From: an uncultured Geobacteraceae bacterium
GTDB lineage: Bacteria > Desulfobacterota > Desulfuromonadia > Geobacterales > CAIOGM01
NCBI GenBank assembly: GCA_903902345.1
Contig: CAIUUR010000273.1
Span: 1 to 54,214 of the forward strand
DNA: 54,214 bases
Direction: 5' to 3'
In this document: piece after piece, positions 38,149-48,607 of the stretch
How the letters are laid out: every line of letters starts with the position of its first letter
Position numbering within the stretch: position 1 is the stretch's first letter
Notes under the pieces: model-generated
Databases searched by the model: none
Seen by the model: only the letters and a program-made list of their open reading frames with translations
What the model was told of the DNA's origin: nothing
Program-made: the position numbers and the translations under genes

Positions 38149-41100
38149 ATGCCGTACACCGGAACCGTGGCGGTGGTGGGGATCGGCGGCATTTTCCCTG
38201 ATGCTCCGGAGCTTGACCTCTTCTGGGAGAATATTCGCTCCGGCCGTAGCGCCGTCCGGGATGTTCCGGCCGGTCGCTGGTCCGTCCCGGCGGAGGGGGT
38301 CTATTCCCCCGAAATCGCTCTTCCGGACCACGTCTACTCCCGCCGCGGCTGCTTCCTGAATGATCTTCCTCCGTTCACTCCTCCCCCGGGATCGGCTCTG
38401 AAGCCGGAGCTTCTGGCCGGCCTGGACCCGCTTTTCCACCTGCTGCTTCATGCCGGGCAACGAGCCTTTATTGACGGGATCACCGCACCGCTGGATCTCT
38501 CCCGCGTGGGGGTAATCATCGGCAACCTGGCTCTCCCCAGCGAGGGGGCGGCGCTTCTGGCACGACAGACAGTGGGGAGGACCTTTGCCGAAAAGCTCCT
38601 GGGGCGTTCGGTGGATTACGGCGTCACCAATCCCCTGAACCGCTATGTGGCCGGCCTCCCCGCCGGCATCCTGGCCCAGGCGTTGGGGCTGGGGGGGGGC
38701 TCCTTCACCCTGGATGCCGCCTGCGCCTCCTCCCTGTACGCCATCAAGCTGGCGGCGGACGAACTCCTTGCCGGTCGGGCCGACGCCATGCTCAGTGGCG
38801 GCCTCTCCCGACCAGACCCCCTTTATACCCAGATGGGTTTTTCCCAGCTCCGTGCCCTTTCCAAACGGGGAATCTGTTCCCCCTTTGACACTGCCGGCGA
38901 CGGTCTGGTGGTGGGGGAGGGGGCCGGGCTCTTCCTCCTCAAGCGGACGGGGGACGCCCTGGCCCATGGGGACCGGATCTACGGGATCATTCGGGGGATC
39001 GGCCTGGCCAATGACGTGGGGGGGAGTCTCCTCGCCCCCCTCTCCGAGGGACAGCTTCGGGCCATGCGCGCCGCCTACGAACAGGCAGGCTGGACGCCCC
39101 GGGATGTGGATCTCGTGGAGTGTCACGCCACCGGCACCCCGGTGGGAGACGCGGTGGAGGTGGCCAGTCTCAAGGAGCTTTGGGGAGATCCTTCGGCCGG
39201 GGGGGAACGGTGTGTCCTCGGCTCCGTCAAATCCAACATCGGCCATCTTCTCACCGCCGCCGGCGCCGCAGCCCTCACCAAGGTATTGCTGGCCATGGTG
39301 GGAGAAACTCTTCCCCCCACCGCCTGCTTCACGGCTCCGCAACCGGGGATGATGCTGGAGCAGAGTCCCTTCCGGGTACTCACATCGCCGGAGCCGTGGC
39401 TTCGTCGGGGTGAGGGGATTCCCCGGCGGGCGGCCGTCAGTGCCTTCGGCTTTGGCGGTATCAACGCCCATCTCCTCGTGGAGGAGTGGATCGACGGTTG
39501 TTCTCCCCAGAGTCGGCGCAGGCCCACCGCCCCTACGGAGCCACCCGAACCGGTCGCTGTCGTGGGGATGGACGCCCGCTTCGGTCCCTGGCAGTCACTC
39601 CGGGCGTTTCAGGAACGGGTGCTGGGTGGAAGGAAGGGGGATCTTGCCACCCCTCCCCGTCGTTGGTGGGGGGCGGAGCAGGGTTCCCGGTTCCGGGGAG
39701 AGGGGACTCCCTTTGCCGGTTTCTATCTGGACGAGGTGGCAGTGGCGGCGGAACAGTTCCGCATCCCTCCCCGGGAGCTGGAAGAGATGCTTCCCCAGCA
39801 GCTCCTCATGCTGCAGAGTGCGGCGGCCGCCATGGCCGATGCCGGTTTGGGCCGGGAGGGGAACCTCCGGACCGGGCTCTTCATCGGCATCGCCCTGGAT
39901 CTCAACAGCACAAATTTCAGCCACCGTTGGTCCCTGGCGGGGGAAGCCGGGGAATGGGCCGCCGAGCTGGGACTCCACCTGACCCCTTCTCAGTTGAGCG
40001 ACTGGACCGCCCGACTTCGTGACGCCGCTGGTCCTCCCCTCACCGCCAACCGGACCATGGGTGCGCTGGGGAGCGTCGTGGCCAGCCGCATCGCCCGGGA
40101 GTTCAAGGTGGGGGGACCCAGTTTCACCCTCTCCAGCGAGGAGTGTTCCGGCATCCGCTCTCTGGCAACGGCAGTTTCCCTTCTCCGGAAGGGGGATATC
40201 GACCGGGCGCTGGTGGGGGGGGTGGATTTTGCCGGTGACCTCCGGGCGGTGCTGGGTCACCATGCCGGGCGCCCCTTTTCCCCCGGCGGGCGCTCTTTGC
40301 CGTTCTCCACTCAGGCCGACGGGAGTATTGTTGGTGAAGGTGGGGCGGCGGTGGTTCTCAAGCGGCTCTCCGACGCCCGGCGGGACGGGGACCGGATCTA
40401 TGCGGTCATCCGGGGGATCGGCGTGGCCGGAGGAGATACGATCGTTCCGGACGAAGCGACCTACGTCCGTGCCCTGGGTCGGGCCTACGCCGAAGCGGGG
40501 GTCTCCCCCTCCACGGTCACCTATCTTGAGGCCCACGGCGCCGGTCACCCGGCATCGGACGAGATGGAGTCAACGGCACTGGGCTCCTTCTTTGGTGCGG
40601 GAGATACTCCTCTCCGTTCCTGCGCCGTCTCTGCTCTTGCCGGAGAGATCGGCCATACCGGCGCCGTTGCAGGGCTGGCCTCTCTGGTGCGGGGGTGTCT
40701 GGCACTGTACCAGGAGCTCATCCCTCCCTGCCGGGGCGCAGCGGCCCCACTACCCCGGCTTTCCGGCGCCGGCCCCCTCTTTCTCCCTGCCACCCCCCGT
40801 TACTGGCTGCGCAACCGGGCCGAAGGTCCCCGCCGGGCGGGGGTGAGCGTCTTTGGCGTTGACGGGAACTGTGCCCACCTGATCCTGGAAGGGTGGGATC
40901 AGGAGCATCCTCGCAATGGTGATGAGCGGTTGGCGCCGATGGGGGGGGGTGAGGAGCAGCTCTTCGTACTCACCGGAGGGTCGCCGGCCGAGTTGTCCCG
41001 GGAACTGGAGCTACTTCGCCGGGAACAGGGTGGAGAGCACGATCTGGGATGTCTGGCCCGCCGGTGGTACGGCAGGAAAGAGGGGGAACCGGTGGCCGGG

Positions 41101-44100
41101 TTGGCGCTTTCCCTGGTTGCCCGGAGTTTGGAAGAGCTGGCGGAACTCCTTGATCTTGGGGAGGAGGCGCTTGCCGTCGGTGAGGTGCCGGCATCACCAC
41201 CGGCGCTGCGTGACCGGCTCTTCTACCGTACGACCCCCCTTGGCCGTCAGGGAAAGGTCGCCTTCGTTTTCCCCGGTTCGGGTAATCACTACCCCGGTAT
41301 GGGAGCAGAGCTCTCCGCCCGCTGGCCGGAGATTTACCGGCAGCAGGACAGGGAAAACCGATTCCTTAAAAGTCAGTTCCAGCCGGAACTCTTCTGGAAC
41401 GGCGCCCCGCAACGTCTGTTGGACGCCGATTCCCGGGCTGTCATCTTCGGTCAGGTCGCCGTCGGCTGCGCGGTCAGCGACCTGGTCAGGAGTTTCGGCG
41501 TCGCCCCCCAGGGAGTTATCGGCTATAGCCTGGGAGAGTCCGCAGGGCTCCTTGCTCTGCATGCCTGGGAGGAACGGGACGTGATGCGGGAGCGGATGGA
41601 GGAATCCACCCTCTTTACCCGGGAGTTGGCCGGCGAATGCCGGGCGGCCCGTCGGGCTTGGGCTCTTCCGGAGGGGGAGCAGGTACTCTGGAGCATCGGC
41701 GTGGTGGATACCCCCGCACCCCGGCTCCGTGAAGCCTTGCTGCGCTATCCCCGGGTTTATCTCCTCATTATCAACACGCAGGATGAGTGCGTGGTGGGAG
41801 GTGATGCCGGTTCCGTCAGTACGCTGGTGGAGTCGCTGGGGTGCCGCTTCTACCCTCTTGCCGGCGTTACCACGGTCCACTGCCCGGTGGCGCGGGAGGT
41901 GGCCGAACCGTACCGGGCGCTCCATCTTTTTCCCACGGCCCCGCCGGTGGGGGTCACCTTCTACAGCGGAGCCTGGGGGGGAGCCTACCTCCCCGACCGG
42001 GAACGTGCCGCCGACGCCATTCTTGCCCAGGCTCTGGAGGGGATCGATTACCCGGCGGTGATCAATGCCGCCTATGACGACGGTGTGCGTCTCTTTCTGG
42101 AAATGGGTCCGAGTGGTTCCTGCAGCCGGATGATAAACCGGATACTGGCCGGACGCCCCCATCTGGCTCGACCGGTGGTTACTTCCGGCCAGGAGCCGGT
42201 GTCGGCCGTTCTCCGGTTCCTGGCCCAGCTGGCCAGCGAGCGAGTTCCCCTGGATTTCTCATTACTACACGTCGCACGTTCGGCGCCGGTACTCTCCGGA
42301 GCGAAACAGCTGATACGGATCATTCCCGGCGGCGCACCGTATCTCCTGCCGGACCCTCCGGTACGCACCTCCCCCACCAATCCTGAGTCGTCCCTGGAGG
42401 TGGTTCTCAGCGGCTTTGCTGCGGCGCAGGATGCGCGGATCATGGCCCACGCCGCCTACCTGACTGCTTCCCAGGGGCTCGCTTGTGCCATGGCGGAAGC
42501 CCTGGCGCTGCAGGCGTGTTTGGTGGCGGCGCTGGGGGGCGAACACTCCCCTCCGGCTTCCGGTCACCCTCTACCCCAGGGAGAGGATGACCAGAGGGGA
42601 CGTGTCGCCTTCCACCGGGAGCTCTGTCTGGAATTTGCCCGGGGTTCGGTGGCCCGGGTGCTGGGGCCGGAGTTTGCCCTGGCTGACTCCTTTCCCACCC
42701 GGGTGCGGCTCCCCGACGAGCCGCTCATGCTGGTGGACCGGATTGTCAGGGTGGAGGGGGAGGCACGCTCCATGACCAGTGGTCGGGTGGTAACGGAGCA
42801 CGACATTCACCCCGGCGCCTGGTATCTGGATGGGGGGCGGATTCCAACCTGCATCGCCGTAGAGGCGGGGCAGGCGGATCTCTTCCTTTCGGGGTACCTG
42901 GGGATCGACTTCATCACCAAGGGGATGGCGGTTTACCGACTCCTGGACGCGGTGGTCACCTTTCATCGGGGGCTCCCCGGACCGGGGGAGAGCATCAGCT
43001 ATGACATCCGGATAGAGCGGTTCTTCCGCCAGGGGGGTACTCATCTCTTTCGCTTCTTCTTCGAGGCTACGGTGAACGGAGAGCCGCTCCTTTCCATGAC
43101 GGACGGTTGTGCCGGTTTCTTCACCGCTGGTGAGCTGGCTGCGGGGAAGGGGATAGTTCGGCCCCTCCTGGATATCCGCCCCCAGACGGGGATTCTCCCT
43201 GACGACTGGCGAGAGCTGGTCCCCATGGGTCGGGAGCGATACGACGCCGGGGAGCTGGACCGGCTCCGGAACGGGGATCTGGTCGGTTGTTTTGGCGAAC
43301 CCTTTGCCGGACTACCCCTGGTACATCCCCTTACCATCCCCGGGGGGAGGATGCGGCTGGTCCACCGGGTGTCGGAGCTGGACCCTGCCGGCGGGCGCTG
43401 CGGCCTCGGCTTCATCCGGGCCGAGGCGGATATCCATCCCGATGACTGGTTCATCACCTGTCATTTTGTGGATGACCGGGTCATGCCCGGCACCCTCATG
43501 TACGAGTGCTGTCTCCATACCCTCCGAATCTTCCTCCTTCGCAGGGGGTGGGTAGCGGAGAGCGTGGGAGCGGCATGGGAGCCGGTGCCGGGGGTTGCCA
43601 GCCGTCTATGCTGCCGGGGGCAGGTCCTGGAGTCGACCAGGGTGGTAACCTACGAAGTAACGGTGCGTGAGCTTGGCTACCGGCCGGAACCCTACGCCGT
43701 GGTGGATGCCCTCATGTATGCCGACGGCAAACCCATCGTCGAGATCACCAGTATGTCGGTTCGCCTGATCGGGAGCAGCAGGGAGACGTTGCAGGCGCTC
43801 TGGAGTAACCGGGGGACCCATCCTCACCCCGTTCCCCCCGTTGAATCCAACTTCCTCCCCCTTCAAGGGGGAGGCCAGGAGGGGGATGGGGTTCCCGGAC
43901 TCAAACCGGCGCTCTACACCAAGGAACAGATTCTGGCCTACAGTAACGGCAATCCCTCCCAGGGATTTGGCGAACCGTACCGGATCTTCGACGAAGGGAG
44001 GAAGATCGCCCGTCTTCCCGGCCCCCCCTTTCAGTTTATGGACCGGGTCACTGCTGTTGGCGGAGAGCCGTGGCGGATGCAGGCCGGCGCCCTGGCCGAG

Positions 44101-44991
44101 GCCCAGTACACGGTCCCCGCCGACGCCTGGTACTTCGCCGCTGACCGGCAACAGCGTCTCCCCTTTGCCATTCTCCTGGAGGCTGCTCTTCAGCCCTGCG
44201 GCTGGCTTGCCGCCTATGTGGGGTCGGCCCTCACCTCTCCCGGCGACCTCTCCTTCCGCAATCTGGGGGGGAACGCCGTCCAGCGCCGTCCGGTGACTCC
44301 GGAAAGTGGCGTTCTGACCTCCACCGCTACCTTGACAAAGGCGGTTACCAGTGGCGGGATGATCATCCAGGAGTTCACCTTCAGGGTGGCCGACCGGGAA
44401 GGGGTTCTCTACGAAGGAGAGACCATGTTCGGCTTTTTCTCCCGTGAAGCCCTGGCCAATCAGGTGGGTATCCGTGATGTCAAGCCGTACTCCCCCACCC
44501 CGGCGGAGCTGGGGCGGAGTCGAAACCTCTCGTTCCCCACGGAGGCGCCTTTTCCGGACAAGAAGTTGCGGATGATCGACCGGATTGAGCTCTTCGTCCC
44601 CGACGGCGGCCCTGCCGGGCTTGGCTACCTGAGGGGGATCAAAGCGGTAGACCCGGACGAATGGTTTTTCAAGGCTCATTTCCACCAGGATCCGGTGACT
44701 CCCGGCTCCCTGGGGTTGGAATCGTTTCTCCAGCTGGTCAGGTTTGCCGCCGTGGAGCGGTGGGGGTGGAGCGAGGGAGAACTTCTCGTTTCGCCGGTCC
44801 CGGAGAGGGTGCACCGCTGGCTTTATCGGGGGCAGATCGTCCCGACGAACCTTCGGGTCACGGTGGATGCCTGGATTACGGAAGTGGACCAGCAGAACCG
44901 AATTCTCACCGCCGACGGCTTCCTCTCCGTTGACGGGAAACTGATCTACCAGATGAACGATTTCACCCTGAAGCTGGAGGGCCAACGATGA
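38149..44991 (+). CDS. Fused PfaB/C-type PUFA synthase: KS-CLF-AT-FabA-like DH domains
   Basis: KS DAACASS/ECHATGT/IGHLL, second KS lacking the active-site Cys (EECSG; chain-length factor), AT GYSLG/TTVH, DH HFVDDRVMPG and HFHQDPVTPG. Confidence 0.9.
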   Translation: MPYTGTVAVVGIGGIFPDAPELDLFWENIRSGRSAVRDVPAGRWSVPAEGVYSPEIALPDHVYSRRGCFLNDLPPFTPPPGSALKPELLAGLDPLFHLLLHAGQRAFIDGITAPLDLSRVGVIIGNLALPSEGAALLARQTVGRTFAEKLLGRSVDYGVTNPLNRYVAGLPAGILAQALGLGGGSFTLDAACASSLYAIKLAADELLAGRADAMLSGGLSRPDPLYTQMGFSQLRALSKRGICSPFDTAGDGLVVGEGAGLFLLKRTGDALAHGDRIYGIIRGIGLANDVGGSLLAPLSEGQLRAMRAAYEQAGWTPRDVDLVECHATGTPVGDAVEVASLKELWGDPSAGGERCVLGSVKSNIGHLLTAAGAAALTKVLLAMVGETLPPTACFTAPQPGMMLEQSPFRVLTSPEPWLRRGEGIPRRAAVSAFGFGGINAHLLVEEWIDGCSPQSRRRPTAPTEPPEPVAVVGMDARFGPWQSLRAFQERVLGGRKGDLATPPRRWWGAEQGSRFRGEGTPFAGFYLDEVAVAAEQFRIPPRELEEMLPQQLLMLQSAAAAMADAGLGREGNLRTGLFIGIALDLNSTNFSHRWSLAGEAGEWAAELGLHLTPSQLSDWTARLRDAAGPPLTANRTMGALGSVVASRIAREFKVGGPSFTLSSEECSGIRSLATAVSLLRKGDIDRALVGGVDFAGDLRAVLGHHAGRPFSPGGRSLPFSTQADGSIVGEGGAAVVLKRLSDARRDGDRIYAVIRGIGVAGGDTIVPDEATYVRALGRAYAEAGVSPSTVTYLEAHGAGHPASDEMESTALGSFFGAGDTPLRSCAVSALAGEIGHTGAVAGLASLVRGCLALYQELIPPCRGAAAPLPRLSGAGPLFLPATPRYWLRNRAEGPRRAGVSVFGVDGNCAHLILEGWDQEHPRNGDERLAPMGGGEEQLFVLTGGSPAELSRELELLRREQGGEHDLGCLARRWYGRKEGEPVAGLALSLVARSLEELAELLDLGEEALAVGEVPASPPALRDRLFYRTTPLGRQGKVAFVFPGSGNHYPGMGAELSARWPEIYRQQDRENRFLKSQFQPELFWNGAPQRLLDADSRAVIFGQVAVGCAVSDLVRSFGVAPQGVIGYSLGESAGLLALHAWEERDVMRERMEESTLFTRELAGECRAARRAWALPEGEQVLWSIGVVDTPAPRLREALLRYPRVYLLIINTQDECVVGGDAGSVSTLVESLGCRFYPLAGVTTVHCPVAREVAEPYRALHLFPTAPPVGVTFYSGAWGGAYLPDRERAADAILAQALEGIDYPAVINAAYDDGVRLFLEMGPSGSCSRMINRILAGRPHLARPVVTSGQEPVSAVLRFLAQLASERVPLDFSLLHVARSAPVLSGAKQLIRIIPGGAPYLLPDPPVRTSPTNPESSLEVVLSGFAAAQDARIMAHAAYLTASQGLACAMAEALALQACLVAALGGEHSPPASGHPLPQGEDDQRGRVAFHRELCLEFARGSVARVLGPEFALADSFPTRVRLPDEPLMLVDRIVRVEGEARSMTSGRVVTEHDIHPGAWYLDGGRIPTCIAVEAGQADLFLSGYLGIDFITKGMAVYRLLDAVVTFHRGLPGPGESISYDIRIERFFRQGGTHLFRFFFEATVNGEPLLSMTDGCAGFFTAGELAAGKGIVRPLLDIRPQTGILPDDWRELVPMGRERYDAGELDRLRNGDLVGCFGEPFAGLPLVHPLTIPGGRMRLVHRVSELDPAGGRCGLGFIRAEADIHPDDWFITCHFVDDRVMPGTLMYECCLHTLRIFLLRRGWVAESVGAAWEPVPGVASRLCCRGQVLESTRVVTYEVTVRELGYRPEPYAVVDALMYADGKPIVEITSMSVRLIGSSRETLQALWSNRGTHPHPVPPVESNFLPLQGGGQEGDGVPGLKPALYTKEQILAYSNGNPSQGFGEPYRIFDEGRKIARLPGPPFQFMDRVTAVGGEPWRMQAGALAEAQYTVPADAWYFAADRQQRLPFAILLEAALQPCGWLAAYVGSALTSPGDLSFRNLGGNAVQRRPVTPESGVLTSTATLTKAVTSGGMIIQEFTFRVADREGVLYEGETMFGFFSREALANQVGIRDVKPYSPTPAELGRSRNLSFPTEAPFPDKKLRMIDRIELFVPDGGPAGLGYLRGIKAVDPDEWFFKAHFHQDPVTPGSLGLESFLQLVRFAAVERWGWSEGELLVSPVPERVHRWLYRGQIVPTNLRVTVDAWITEVDQQNRILTADGFLSVDGKLIYQMNDFTLKLEGQR

Positions 44992-46031
44992 AATATCGCA
45001 ACGTTCAGATCTCGGCCCTGGGGTATGAGCTGGCGCCGGTGGTGGTCAGCACCTCCGAATTGGAGACCCGTTTGGAGCCACTCTACCGGGCGCTCCATGT
45101 GGCGCCGGGGCAGGTGCAGGCGCTCACGGGAATCCGGGAGCGGCGCTGGTGGGAACCGGGATACCCCCTTTCCCGGGGCGCCATCGCCGCCGGGGAAAAA
45201 GCCCTGACTGCTGCCGGCATCTCCCCACGGGATATCGGTGTCCTTACCTACACCGGGGTCTGCCGCGAGCAGTTTGAACCGGCCACCGCCTGTCGCGTGG
45301 CGGCCGGTCTGGGGGTGGGGGGGAATACCGCGATCTACGACATCTCCAACGCCTGTCTGGGGGTGCTGAACGGCATCCTGGACGTGGCCAACCGGATCGA
45401 ACTGGGGCAGGTGCGGGCCGGCCTGGTGGTCTCCTGCGAGAGCGCCCGGGAGATCAACGAGATCACCATTGCCCGAATGCTGGCCCGGCGGGAGATGGCG
45501 CAGTTTACCTCCTCCCTGGCGACTCTTACCGGTGGCTCCGGGGCCGTGGCGGTTTTGCTCACCGACGGCTCCTTTGGCCCTTCCCGGGGGCATCGCCTCC
45601 TGGGGGGGGCGAACCTGGCCGCTCCCGAACATCACGAACTCTGTCTCTGGGGGGTGGCATCCGACGGATCCGGCGGGGTCATTCAGACCATGCGCACCGA
45701 CGCGGTGAAGGTGATGACCTATGGGGTGGAGTTGGGGGGACGTACCTGGAGTAGCTTCCTGCCGGAGGTGGGGTGGAGCGCCGGTGAGGTGGACCGGGTG
45801 ATCTGCCATCAGGTCGGTTCGGCCCATCAGGGGGCCATCCTCTCCGCCCTGGGAATCCCGTCGGAAAAGGATTTCACCACCTACGAATTTCTGGGGAACA
45901 TGGGGAGTGTCTCCCTGCCCCTCACCATGGCCCTGGCGGACGAGCGGGAGGTGCTGATCCGTGGCGATCGGGTAGCCCTACTGGGGATCGGGAGCGGGCT
46001 CAACTGCACCATGCTGGGGGTGGAGTGGTAG
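44988..46031 (+). CDS. oleA: OleA, acyl-CoA Claisen condensing enzyme
   Basis: TGIRERR, EPATA, NACLG, CHQVG, GNMGS, GIGSGLNC. Confidence 0.9.
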   Translation: MKYRNVQISALGYELAPVVVSTSELETRLEPLYRALHVAPGQVQALTGIRERRWWEPGYPLSRGAIAAGEKALTAAGISPRDIGVLTYTGVCREQFEPATACRVAAGLGVGGNTAIYDISNACLGVLNGILDVANRIELGQVRAGLVVSCESAREINEITIARMLARREMAQFTSSLATLTGGSGAVAVLLTDGSFGPSRGHRLLGGANLAAPEHHELCLWGVASDGSGGVIQTMRTDAVKVMTYGVELGGRTWSSFLPEVGWSAGEVDRVICHQVGSAHQGAILSALGIPSEKDFTTYEFLGNMGSVSLPLTMALADEREVLIRGDRVALLGIGSGLNCTMLGVEW

Positions 46032-46944
46032 ATGTTCCCTGACCTGAAGAAACAGTACCCTTTCTCCGGCAAGATCCTGGAGCTGACAGGCCCTTCCGGA
46101 GGCCCGGCTCTTCGTTACCACTATCTGGACGAGGGGAACGGACCGACCGTGGTGATGCTGCACGGCAATCCCTCCTGGTCCTTCTACTACCGCAATCTCG
46201 TCCTGGCCCTATGCCATCGCTACCGCTGTATCGTTCCCGACCACATGGGGTGCGGTCTCTCGGACAAGCCGGGGGACGACCGGTACGAGTATACCCTGGC
46301 CCGGCGGGTGGACGACCTGGAGCGACTCTTGGAGGAGTTGGGGCTCAGGGAGAATATCACCCTGGTGCTGCATGACTGGGGGGGGATGATCGGCATGGCC
46401 TATGCCGTTCGGCATCCGGAGGTCATCAAACGGCTGGTGATCCTCAATACCGGCGCGTTCCACCTCCCCAAAAGCAAGTCGTTTCCCTGGGGCTTGCGGA
46501 TCTGCCGGGATACCTTCATCGGCACACTCCTGGTGCGAGGTCTCAATGCCTTCAGCGTGGGAGCATCGTATGTGGGGTGCAAGCGCAACCCCATGGATGC
46601 GGAACTCCGCTCACTGTACCAACTCCCCTACGATTCCTGGCGTAACCGCATCGCCACACTCCGCTTCGTACAGGATATTCCGTTGAAACCGGGGGATCGG
46701 GGGTATGATCTGGTGACCTCCGTCGCCGACGGCATCAGTCAGTTCAGCAACCTCCCCATGCTGATCTGCTGGGGGAGAGCTGGATTTTGTCTTTGATCTC
46801 CATTTTCTGGCCCAATGGCAAACACGCTTTCCCCAGGGCGAGATTCATCGTTTTCCCGATTGCGGGCACTATATTCTGGAAGATGCCAGGGATGAGGTGA
46901 TACCGCTGATTTCGTCGTTTCTGGATCGTACGGAAATAACGTAG
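46032..46944 (+). pseudogene. oleB: OleB beta-lactone decarboxylase, frameshifted (+1 G at 46771-46775)
   Basis: HGNPSWS, HDWGG; after CWG the shifted frame reads ELDFVFD..FPDCGHYILEDA.. to TAG 46942-46944. Confidence 0.85.
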
Positions 46945-46966
46945 ACTCCATCTTTCTGGATACCCC

Positions 46967-48607
46967 ATGCCCCACACCGACATCGTTAACATCTCCCGCC
47001 CCCTTAGCGAAATGGCCGGGCTTCAGCCGGATACCCCCGCCATCATCTTTCTTCAGGAGCAGCGGACCCTGAGCTTCAGCCAACTGGACCGGGAAAGCGA
47101 CCGGATTGCCCACGGCTTCGGCCGCATCGGCATCGGTCGCGGCATGCGGGTGGCGCTGCTGGTTCCTCCCTCACCGGAGCTTTTTTCCGTCACCTTCGCC
47201 CTGTTCAAGGTCGGGGCCGTGCCGGTTTTCATCGATCCGGGGATCGGGAGAAGCAGGATGAAGGGGTGTCTGGCCGAGGCCGAGCCGGAGGCCTTTGTCG
47301 GCATTCCCAAGGCCCATCTGGCACGGCGACTTCTGGGGTGGGGGCGCAGGAGTATTCGGATCCTGGTGACGGTGGGGGGGAGAGGGATCTGGGGCGGGAC
47401 GCCCCTGGCGAAGCTGCGCATGCCTGCAGGTGACGATCCTCCCTTTACCCCGACAGACACTCTGCGGGGCGATACCGCCGCCATCCTCTTCACCAGCGGG
47501 AGCACCGGCCCCCCCAAGGGAGCGATCTACACCCATGGCACCTTTGCGGCCCAGGTGGAGCTCCTTCGGGAGCTGTACGACATCCGGCCGGGGGAGATCG
47601 ACCTCCCTACCTTTCCCCTCTTCGCCCTCTTCGCTCCGGCCCTGGGGATGACCGCCCTGATCCCCCGGATGGACTTCACCCGTCCGGGATCGGTGGATCC
47701 TTCAGCTATTCTGGGACCCGCCGCCGAGTATGGCGCCACCACCATGTTCGGCTCGCCGGCCCTCCTGAACAAGGTCGGTCGACAGGGGGTGGCTCAGGGG
47801 CGTACGCTCCCCGCTCTCAAGCGGGTCATATCCGCCGGGGCGCCGGTGCCGGCTTCCGTACTGGAGCGGTTCGCCGCACTTCTCCCCGAAGACGCCGAGA
47901 TCTACACCCCCTACGGCGCCACCGAGGCCCTTCCCGTATGCTCCATCGGGAGCAAGGAAATCCTGGGGGAGACCGGGCGGATGACTGACAAGGGTCTGGG
48001 AGTCTGCGTCGGGATGCCGGTGGAGGGTACCTGGCTGGCTATCATCCCCGTTACCGACGATCCCATTGAACTGTGGGATGACGGACTGGAACTCCCTCCC
48101 CTTGAGGTGGGGGAGGTTGCCGTGCTGGGACCGCAGGTAAGCCCCGCCTACCTGAATCGTCCCGAGGCGAATGTGTTGGCCAAGATTCCCGACCCTGACG
48201 GCGGAGTCTGGCACCGGATGGGGGATGTGGGGTACAGGGACAGTAGCGGCCGGATCTGGTTCTGCGGCCGCAAATCTCATCGGGTGGAGAGTCCCACGGA
48301 AACCTATTATACCATTCCGGTGGAAGGGGTCTTCAATACCCACCCGGAGGTTTTTCGCACCGCTCTGGTGGGGATCGGGAAGAAGGGCGCGGAGCGCCCG
48401 GTGCTCTGCGTGGAGCTGGAAGCCGGGACGGGGAAGGGGGAGCAGAAACGGATTCGCCGGGAGCTGCTGGAGTTGGGGAGTGGATATCCCCATACCCGCG
48501 GGATCAATCATATTCTCTTTCATCCCGCCTTTCCCGTGGACATCCGACACAATGCCAAGATCTTCCGGGAAAAACTGGCACTCTGGGCTGCGGGGAAAGT
48601 GAAGTGA
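46967..48607 (+). CDS. oleC: OleC beta-lactone synthetase (AMP-dependent ligase)
   Basis: FTSGSTGPPKG, TPYGATEALP, HRMGDVG, FPVDIRHNAKI. Confidence 0.9.
   Translation: MPHTDIVNISRPLSEMAGLQPDTPAIIFLQEQRTLSFSQLDRESDRIAHGFGRIGIGRGMRVALLVPPSPELFSVTFALFKVGAVPVFIDPGIGRSRMKGCLAEAEPEAFVGIPKAHLARRLLGWGRRSIRILVTVGGRGIWGGTPLAKLRMPAGDDPPFTPTDTLRGDTAAILFTSGSTGPPKGAIYTHGTFAAQVELLRELYDIRPGEIDLPTFPLFALFAPALGMTALIPRMDFTRPGSVDPSAILGPAAEYGATTMFGSPALLNKVGRQGVAQGRTLPALKRVISAGAPVPASVLERFAALLPEDAEIYTPYGATEALPVCSIGSKEILGETGRMTDKGLGVCVGMPVEGTWLAIIPVTDDPIELWDDGLELPPLEVGEVAVLGPQVSPAYLNRPEANVLAKIPDPDGGVWHRMGDVGYRDSSGRIWFCGRKSHRVESPTETYYTIPVEGVFNTHPEVFRTALVGIGKKGAERPVLCVELEAGTGKGEQKRIRRELLELGSGYPHTRGINHILFHPAFPVDIRHNAKIFREKLALWAAGKVK

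Noticed and set aside
31907-44991. Modular antibiotic-type PKS or heterocyst-glycolipid synthase
   Set aside because: The domain order, PfaD and the adjacent oleABCD fit an iterative Pfa-type synthase; no terminal reductase or thioesterase is present.
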